Of a stretch of DNA of 64,000 nucleotides, positions 57,471-64,000 are shown in pieces (the stretch's first letter is position 1; each line of letters begins with the position of its first letter). The notes beneath the pieces were generated by a model. That model was not told the origin of the DNA. It saw only the letters and a list, made by a program, of their open reading frames with translations, and did no database searches. The position numbers and the translations under genes are program-made. This stretch comes from Bacilli bacterium. Lineage in GTDB: Bacteria > Bacillota_I > Bacilli_A > RFN20 > CAG-826. The stretch lies in NCBI GenBank assembly GCA_051872395.1, contig JBJEDU010000029.1:9358-73357 (forward strand), read 5' to 3'.

Positions 57471-58817
57471 CTAATTCAAAAATATATGATGTAAATTTTT
57501 AGCTACTTCTTTTAAAACATTTTCAGAAGGAGGATCTAATTCTGGGGTTCCAAATAAAATAAAAGAAAGTTTTTCATAAGATGGCATTACATCCAACAAG
57601 CAACATTTAAATCTGTTTTCAATAGTGTTCATTCCAATGTACGTAATATTTGTTTCGCTAACATAATTTAAGGCCATCAGCTCATATACGCATTTTTTAA
57701 AATTTATAGAAGAAAAAGTTTCATTCGGACGATAGTCAGAAACAACATTATGAATAAATTCATCATATATATTAGTTTCGTTTGTTAGCGATGTATTGAT
57801 ATAATTTGAAATTACCTGTGACAAACTATTTGTAGAATTGTTTAAAGAAGTTGCGATGTTATATCCAATAATATCACTATATAAATCAGAAAATTCAAAT
57901 TTTGAAGATCCTTCTTCTGGATCAAAAAACATTTCTTCAATATCAAATGTTGAATCAATTGAATTTCTAAATTCACTAGTTGCAGTTTGAAGATCTCCTC
58001 CCCAGCTCATTATAGCGTTAATAACATATTTATCTGCAACCGGAGTAACTAAATCACTAGTTCCGGTATCATTAAAAACACCATCAATAACAGTTATTAA
58101 ATGAACTAAATCTAAGTCTTTATTTTCGGCATATGGGTTGTCTAATAAAAAATGATTAGAACTATATATGCTTCCAACAGCGCCATGAGAATCAGTGTTA
58201 TATGAAGAAGAAGATAAAAATGAGGCAAAATATTCACAAATTTTTAATCCACCATGATTTGCTTCATCAATATAACTGATAAAGGAACGTACATCATTAT
58301 AATGTCCAGCTATTTTATCAAATGAATCATTTGCATAAGAAGCGTTAGTAGATCTAATATATTCAAATACATGGTTAATAATTGAACTTCTTGTAGTGTA
58401 TCCATAATCTTCGGCTGCTTCTTCAAGATACAGAACTGCATTAACTAAAGAATCAAAATCATTCCTCATCGTACAAGAATATTTATAAATTCCTTGTTCA
58501 GGGGTAGCATAATAATAGTATTTGATTGTAACTGGCTTAATAGATACATACGGAATAATAGGATCACCAATAGTGCCTCCAGTTACTATCTCAGAATAAA
58601 CTGTTCTACCAGTTGATTCAATAAAACTAACATTACTTGACTCAATATAAACTCTAGTTTGTTCAGTTACTCTATCAACAAAATATAATTTGCCAATTTC
58701 AATAATGTCCTCTTCAGCACTCACAAGGGTTAATTGATTATTCTTAAACAAACTACCTCCAAAAGCAAACAAAGAAAACAATATTAGAAATATTGACATA
58801 AATCCTTTTCTTTTCAT
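57471..58817 (-). CDS. Secreted protein of unknown function (448 aa) with an N-terminal signal peptide
   Basis: Signal sequence MKRKGFMSIFLILFSLFAFGGSLF followed by ...VSAEE. Ser/Asn/Tyr-rich with no recognisable catalytic motif. Confidence 0.45.
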   Translation of the reverse strand: MKRKGFMSIFLILFSLFAFGGSLFKNNQLTLVSAEEDIIEIGKLYFVDRVTEQTRVYIESSNVSFIESTGRTVYSEIVTGGTIGDPIIPYVSIKPVTIKYYYYATPEQGIYKYSCTMRNDFDSLVNAVLYLEEAAEDYGYTTRSSIINHVFEYIRSTNASYANDSFDKIAGHYNDVRSFISYIDEANHGGLKICEYFASFLSSSSYNTDSHGAVGSIYSSNHFLLDNPYAENKDLDLVHLITVIDGVFNDTGTSDLVTPVADKYVINAIMSWGGDLQTATSEFRNSIDSTFDIEEMFFDPEEGSSKFEFSDLYSDIIGYNIATSLNNSTNSLSQVISNYINTSLTNETNIYDEFIHNVVSDYRPNETFSSINFKKCVYELMALNYVSETNITYIGMNTIENRFKCCLLDVMPSYEKLSFILFGTPELDPPSENVLKEVAKNLHHIFLN

Positions 58818-58869
58818 AAAATATCTCCAATTTTTTTAATATATCATATTTTATGATTAATAAAAATGA

Positions 58870-60855
58870 CTATTTCTTTATTAAACGATTAATATAATTT
58901 ATAGCAAATTCAAAACTTTTATTAACATTTCTATTATCAAAAATTATTTTCGCATCATCTCTCGCTTTAGTGAAAATATTAATGTCTTTAACGACATTTA
59001 AATATTTAAAGTCAGGAAATCCTGATTGTTTAATTCCAAGCATTTCTCCTGGTCCTCGAATTGAAAGATCTTTTTCAGCGAGAATAAAACCATCATTATT
59101 ATCTTTTAATATTTCTAATCGCTTGATGGAATCTTCGTTATCATCTTTATCGTAAAGAAGATAACAATGAGCGATATTTCCATCTCTTCCAATTCTTCCT
59201 CGTAATTGATGTAAACTCGCTAAACCGAAAGAGGAGGCTTTATAAATAATCATTAATGAAGCTTCTTTAATATCTATTCCTACTTCCACGATTTGTGTGG
59301 ATAACAAAATATGTGATTCTCCTTTAATAAATTTATCTAACGCTCTTTCTTTTTCTTCGCTAGACAGTTCTCCATGAAGCAAAGAAACTTCATTTTTGTA
59401 TTTAGCAAAGTAAGTTGGAAAAATTGATTCAATGGAATATGAATGATTCTCGCTATATTCAATAAGAGGAGTTATGACATATACTTTTTTATTTTTCTTT
59501 ATTTCTTCATCGATGAGAGAAAATATTTTTTGTTCGTTTGTTAATAATAAATCTGTTTCAACTTTTCTTTCTTTCGTAGGAAAAGAATGTAAAAAAGAAA
59601 TTGATAAATCACCATAAATTGTTAACGCTAAAGAGCGAGGTATTGGAGTCGCGGACATCATTAATAAATCAACATCTTTGCCTTTGTCAACTAATGAATT
59701 GCGTTGGTTGACTCCAAATCGGTGTTGTTCATCGATAATTACTAAAGATAATGAATTATAAATGACCCCTTTAGAAAATAATGAATGCGTACCAATAACA
59801 ATATCGATTAAACCATCTTTTAAATCATCTAATATCATTCTTTTTTCTTCGTTACTAGTTGAACCAGTTAACAATTTGATATTGATGTTCGTGTTATAAA
59901 ATAATTGTAAAGCTTTTAAATAATGTTGCTTCGCTAAAGCTTCTGTCGGGGCTAATAATGCGCCTTGTCTATTTCTTAAATAATTCGCATATAAACTAAA
60001 AAACGCTACTAAAGTTTTACCACTTCCAACATCGCCTTCTAATATTCGATACATTGGTTTGTTATCATTTAAATCAGAAACAATTTCTTTAATAGAGGTA
60101 ATTTGATCTTTCGTTAATTTAAATGGTAAAGCTTTCGCTAAATCATTTAATTTTTGAATATCAATTAAATCTAATTTAGATTTTTTTATCGCGTTATTTT
60201 CATTTCTAATTATTAAATTTTTTAAAGAGAAAGATAAGGCTTCTTCATATTTAAAAAATAAGATTCCTTTTTTGAGTTCTTCTTTATTTTTAGGAAAATG
60301 AACATAATTTAATGCTTCTTTGACGTTAACTAAATGATATTTATTTAACATTTCAAAAGGAATGAAAGAATTAAATTTATTTTCTTCATTATTCAATTGT
60401 TTACGAACGAGACGAGAAAATTCAAAATTTTTTAAAGAAGAAGGTAAATGATATAAAGGTTTAATTTTCTCTTCTTCTTTTAATGAACCTTTATTTAAAT
60501 TGATGAGATTAATTTGATTTTTATTTTTATTATATTGACCCACTAAAGTGTAGGTATCTTTAAAATTGATAATGCTCGTTAAATAATCACGATTAAAGGC
60601 GACAACTTTGAAATAGTGTTTATCACTACTCATAAAATCAAATGTCACACCACTAACTTTTTGACTTTTAAAAGCTTTTGGTTCATTTAAAATGATGCCT
60701 TCTAGGACCACTCTTTGTTTATCTTTGATATTTTTAAATTCCGTGATGGAATAATCTTCGTATCGATATGGCAAATAAAATACTAAGTCATAGACACTAT
60801 ATATTCCCATGCCTTTTAATAAATTATTTATTCTTTGAGATTTGGAAAATATCAT
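58870..60855 (-). CDS. recG: ATP-dependent DNA helicase RecG
   Basis: N-terminal wedge/OB domain, Walker A GDVGSGKTLVA, DEQHRFGV box, helicase C domain. Confidence 0.85.
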   Translation of the reverse strand: MIFSKSQRINNLLKGMGIYSVYDLVFYLPYRYEDYSITEFKNIKDKQRVVLEGIILNEPKAFKSQKVSGVTFDFMSSDKHYFKVVAFNRDYLTSIINFKDTYTLVGQYNKNKNQINLINLNKGSLKEEEKIKPLYHLPSSLKNFEFSRLVRKQLNNEENKFNSFIPFEMLNKYHLVNVKEALNYVHFPKNKEELKKGILFFKYEEALSFSLKNLIIRNENNAIKKSKLDLIDIQKLNDLAKALPFKLTKDQITSIKEIVSDLNDNKPMYRILEGDVGSGKTLVAFFSLYANYLRNRQGALLAPTEALAKQHYLKALQLFYNTNINIKLLTGSTSNEEKRMILDDLKDGLIDIVIGTHSLFSKGVIYNSLSLVIIDEQHRFGVNQRNSLVDKGKDVDLLMMSATPIPRSLALTIYGDLSISFLHSFPTKERKVETDLLLTNEQKIFSLIDEEIKKNKKVYVITPLIEYSENHSYSIESIFPTYFAKYKNEVSLLHGELSSEEKERALDKFIKGESHILLSTQIVEVGIDIKEASLMIIYKASSFGLASLHQLRGRIGRDGNIAHCYLLYDKDDNEDSIKRLEILKDNNDGFILAEKDLSIRGPGEMLGIKQSGFPDFKYLNVVKDINIFTKARDDAKIIFDNRNVNKSFEFAINYINRLIKK

Positions 60856-60860
60856 ATTAA

Positions 60861-61931
60861 TTAGATTTTTCTAATTTTTCCTTTTAATGAATGGACTCTG
60901 ATGGAAGCATCTTGAGTTTTCATTAATTGTTTTGTGTATTTTATCGCTTCCGCTTGAGTTTTAAATAATTTTATTGCTCTTTTACCTTTTTCAAATTTCA
61001 CACTCCACATTCCAATATCTTCGCGATATGTGACGTGATATATTTTTCCTCTATTAGAAGAAGTTTTATTGTTTTCTTCGACGATGACTTCTTCGTCTTT
61101 ATTCTCTTCAATAGGAAGATTTTCATCTATTTTTTCTTCAATAATATATGAAGAATCTTCTTTATTATCTACTGGTTTTTCTATTTCATCATCTTTAATA
61201 ATATCGTCTTCTTCTTTAGATTTATCTTCATCGACAATTACTTGTGTTTTACTCAAATTCAAGCGAAGAAGACTTTCTTTATTGTCTTGTCCTTCCCCAT
61301 ATACCATATAGAAAATATGATTTAAAGAATATAACACAATAGCGATTAAAATGGATAAAACAAAATACAACAAACAAATCAAAACATTATTGAACCATGA
61401 TTTCGAAGTAAAATTGATAAATCCATATGGATCAGTGAATACATCAGTGACCACTAAAGGGATAACATAAGCAAAATATACTATTACTAAAATGGGAGAA
61501 AAAGAAACATATTTAAATTTATGTTTACTATCAGTTTCTAAGAAAATGAAACTAAGTGAAAATAATACTGGACAAATATAATGAAGTATTAAATTGATGA
61601 GTAAGAAATTTTGATTATTATATAATTCAAGATTTTGTTGAAGATAACATAATACTGTTAAAAAGAGCACTAAAGCAGAGCTTGAAACATTAAGTTTTAA
61701 AATAAATAAAGTTTTTGTAATAGTTAATTTTCCAGTTAATAAAAATCTAATATTACAAACTAAATCAATAAAAGAAACAATTAATAAGGAAATAGAAATT
61801 GGGAAAGTAAACCACGCTAATAAGGTTTTAAAATTCATTCTTAAAACTAATAAAACCCACAAAAAAGCGAAGCTAATCATTCCGATTAATAATGTATCAA
61901 TGATGAGACTAATAATTTTTCTAATTTTCAT
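60861..61931 (-). CDS. Membrane protein fusion: N-terminal polytopic domain (~6 TM), acidic low-complexity linker, and a C-terminal DUF2188-like small domain
   Basis: C-terminus GKIYHVTYREDIGMWSVKFEKGKRAIKLFKTQAEAIKYTKQLMKTQDASIRVHSLKGKI matches the DUF2188 pattern (H.V....G.W.VK.EG..RA...F.T..EAI..A..LA.......I.H..G.I). The linker is DEDKSKEEDDIIKDDEIEKPVDNKED... Confidence 0.5.
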   Translation of the reverse strand: MKIRKIISLIIDTLLIGMISFAFLWVLLVLRMNFKTLLAWFTFPISISLLIVSFIDLVCNIRFLLTGKLTITKTLFILKLNVSSSALVLFLTVLCYLQQNLELYNNQNFLLINLILHYICPVLFSLSFIFLETDSKHKFKYVSFSPILVIVYFAYVIPLVVTDVFTDPYGFINFTSKSWFNNVLICLLYFVLSILIAIVLYSLNHIFYMVYGEGQDNKESLLRLNLSKTQVIVDEDKSKEEDDIIKDDEIEKPVDNKEDSSYIIEEKIDENLPIEENKDEEVIVEENNKTSSNRGKIYHVTYREDIGMWSVKFEKGKRAIKLFKTQAEAIKYTKQLMKTQDASIRVHSLKGKIRKI

Positions 61932-62007
61932 ATATTTTTGTTCCTTTAATAAAAAATAGAATGATTTTCATCTTTCTATTTTTATTATTTATATTTTAAC
62001 TTATTTT

Positions 62008-63627
62008 CTATTCAACACCAATGAGGAATGGATATACTGGTTGATTACCATCCACTAAATCGATATCCAAATCAGCGAATTTTTCTTCGAGTAAATTTTT
62101 AAGAGTTTTCTTCTCTTCTTCATCAACATCTTGACCAACTAAAACGGTAATGATGGAATTATCATCATCGACCATCATTTCCACTAAAGAAATAGTAGTA
62201 TCTAGTCGAGATTTACCAGTCGCGACGATGTTTTTCTCCATAATAGCGATGTATTCATCTTTTTTCACGCTGATACCATTAATTTCAGTATCACGAATGG
62301 AAGTAGTAATTTCTCCACTTTTAACATTTCGTAAGGCGGATTTCATAATTTTGAAGTTTTCTTCAGCAGTTTCTTCAGGATTGAAATTGATCGCGGAAGT
62401 AATACCTTGAGGAATAGTTTTAGATGGAATGACATAAGCGTGAATTGATTCATCATCTAAAACATCACAAGCTTGGCTCGCTGCCATAACAATATTAGAA
62501 TTATTTGGGAAAATAAATATATTATCAGCGTTCGCTCTTTTAATAGCAGCCAAGAAATCTTCAGCGCTTGGATTCATCGTTTGTCCACCTTTGACAATTT
62601 CACTCACTCCAATTGAAGAGAAATATTCATCGATACCCGAACCACTGCTAACAGCGATTAAAGCGTATTTTTGTCGAGGTTTATTAACAACTTCTTCTTT
62701 CTTTGGAATCGCGTTTAATACTTTATTTTCAATTCTAATAGAGGCAAATTCTCCGAATTGATGAGCATAATTTAAGACATTACCAGGTACTTTTGAATTT
62801 AAGGAAATGTTCACTTCATTTTCCGCTGAATAAATTTTGATATCGCTCGCTCTTGCGCTTAATCCAGTTTGAACACGAGTTTCATCATAATTCTTTTTAT
62901 TGTTTCCTTTATCGAGTAAGATTCTAAGTTCCATCTCATAATTATCGACAGATTCTTTATTTTCATCTTCATCGTCATTATGTTCCATCGCTGTGGCTTG
63001 ACTTCTTTCAATAAATCGACCATTGAGTGCGCTTCTCATTCCTTCAAAGATTTTAATAAGACCAGCACCGCCAGAATCGACGACCCCAACTTCTTTTAAA
63101 ATTGGTAATAAGTCAGGAGTGTGTAAAAGTGATTCATTCGCCTCTTTTAAAAGTAAACTCATCACTTTATCAAAAGTCATACCTTCTTTGACATTGTCAA
63201 TTAAAAATTGACTAGTTTCTCTAATGACAGTCAAAATAGTGCCTTCGACAGGTTTAACAACCGCTTTATAGGCGACTTCAGTGCCTTTTTGTAAAGCCGA
63301 AGCAAATTCAATAACATCAATATTTTCTTTACCATCTAATCCTTGAGCGAAACCTCTAAAAATTTGAGAAGTAATAACTCCTGAATTTCCACGAGCACCC
63401 ATAAGTAAACCACGAGAAAACACTTTAGCGATTACTCCACAAGAATTATCAGGACGATTCATAATTTCTTTCGTTCCACTTGTTAGAGTAAGATTCATAT
63501 TCATACCAGTATCACCATCAGGGACTGGGAAGACATTCAAAGCATCAATTTCTGGATAATGATTATATAGATTATTACTACCTGATATGAGCATCAGTTT
63601 CAACATTTGGCCATTTATAGCTTTCAT
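62008..63627 (-). CDS. fakA: DAK2-domain protein: fatty acid kinase FakA (YloV-like)
   Basis: N-terminal Dak2 domain (DGDTGMNM) and a C-terminal FakA-like domain; 539 aa; conserved neighbour of an Asp23-family gene. Confidence 0.75.
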   Translation of the reverse strand: MKAINGQMLKLMLISGSNNLYNHYPEIDALNVFPVPDGDTGMNMNLTLTSGTKEIMNRPDNSCGVIAKVFSRGLLMGARGNSGVITSQIFRGFAQGLDGKENIDVIEFASALQKGTEVAYKAVVKPVEGTILTVIRETSQFLIDNVKEGMTFDKVMSLLLKEANESLLHTPDLLPILKEVGVVDSGGAGLIKIFEGMRSALNGRFIERSQATAMEHNDDEDENKESVDNYEMELRILLDKGNNKKNYDETRVQTGLSARASDIKIYSAENEVNISLNSKVPGNVLNYAHQFGEFASIRIENKVLNAIPKKEEVVNKPRQKYALIAVSSGSGIDEYFSSIGVSEIVKGGQTMNPSAEDFLAAIKRANADNIFIFPNNSNIVMAASQACDVLDDESIHAYVIPSKTIPQGITSAINFNPEETAEENFKIMKSALRNVKSGEITTSIRDTEINGISVKKDEYIAIMEKNIVATGKSRLDTTISLVEMMVDDDNSIITVLVGQDVDEEEKKTLKNLLEEKFADLDIDLVDGNQPVYPFLIGVE

Positions 63628-63646
63628 AATTATTTTCCTTACCTAA

Positions 63647-64000
63647 TTACGCTAATCGGACGGCGTAAAGATTAACTTCTTTACAGCCAGAAGGAAAAGC
63701 TTTGTTTAATTTATAGAGAACGGTTTTCTGAGCTTCTACTAAAATCTCAGAAATTTTCGCATTAAGAGCAATTACTAAATTTAATGTGACAGAAAAAGCC
63801 CCATCAATGTATCTTTTGATTTCAATCCCATCAATAACTTTCGTGATATTTTGAGTTATTGTAGGAATATTAATTTTTGAAGGAATTTTGCTAATATCAA
63901 CGACTCCATAACAACTCATAACTGCTTCTTTACAGACAACAGCGATTTCTTTATTTTTAATTTTATGTAAGTCTATTTGTTTTTTTGAATTGGAAGAACT
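63647..64000 (-). CDS. Asp23/Gls24-family (alkaline-shock protein-like, YloU) protein. The N-terminus is partial: the frame stays open past the track's Met to the window edge.
   Basis: The open frame extends upstream of the Met at 63919 to the window end (...KEIAVVCKEAVMSCYGVVD...). The size and position upstream of fakA match yloU. Confidence 0.6.
   Translation of the reverse strand, partial: SSSNSKKQIDLHKIKNKEIAVVCKEAVMSCYGVVDISKIPSKINIPTITQNITKVIDGIEIKRYIDGAFSVTLNLVIALNAKISEILVEAQKTVLYKLNKAFPSGCKEVNLYAVRLA

Noticed and set aside
1-64000. Alternative genetic code (TGA=Trp, as in Mycoplasma) given the Mollicutes-like composition
   Set aside because: All conserved genes (polC, topA, recG, ffh, ftsY and others) give full-length products with standard stops. 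Several genes end at TGA, for example ATGA overlaps used as stop/start junctions. Translation table 11 therefore fits.
1-64000. CRISPR arrays, IS/transposase genes, rRNA genes
   Set aside because: I found no periodic short direct repeats with spacers, no transposase or DDE-like ORFs, and no rRNA-like sequence anywhere in the window.

Overview
This 64-kb window comes from a very AT-rich, low-GC Gram-positive-type genome (Bacillota or a Mollicutes-related lineage). Long ORFs end on standard stops, so TGA is not recoded, and the replicase is PolC. The minus strand carries three recognisable blocks. The first is a housekeeping backbone matching conserved Bacillota synteny: rpsB-tsf-pyrH-frr-uppS-cdsA-dxr-rseP-polC, then rplS-lepB-rbgA-rnhB-dprA-topA-xerC, then plsX-rnc-ftsY-ylxM-ffh and fakA-recG. 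Within it, rpsP-KH-rimM-trmD sits on the plus strand, inverted relative to the usual order, next to an NCS2 purine permease. The second block is a small UDP-L-FucNAc (capE/capG/capF-like) precursor operon with a glycerophosphodiesterase and a GPH-family transporter; the CapE homologue carries an N-terminal XRE-type HTH. The third is a ~16-kb LacI-associated glycan-utilisation operon (8061-24213). It encodes two paralogous GH65 phosphorylases, a sugar ABC transporter, a beta-phosphoglucomutase fused in one ORF to the ABC ATPase, and three large lipoproteins (two with a GH28-like beta-helix domain, one of which also has CBM32-like modules). Between the LacI gene and lgt lies the best candidate for an undescribed system. 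It is a 2.3-kb two-gene cassette encoding a protein I tentatively relate (from memory) to the N-formylglutamate-amidohydrolase family, plus a 443-aa protein with a C-terminal TM anchor, bracketed by a ~37-bp imperfect direct repeat. Other notable signals are a G10/C10 homopolymer upstream of a small membrane-protein gene, a tRNA-Pro(CGG) just downstream of polC, several Rho-independent terminators and leader hairpins, and unknown membrane/secreted gene pairs inserted into conserved synteny. I found no rRNA genes, CRISPR arrays, or transposase/IS elements.
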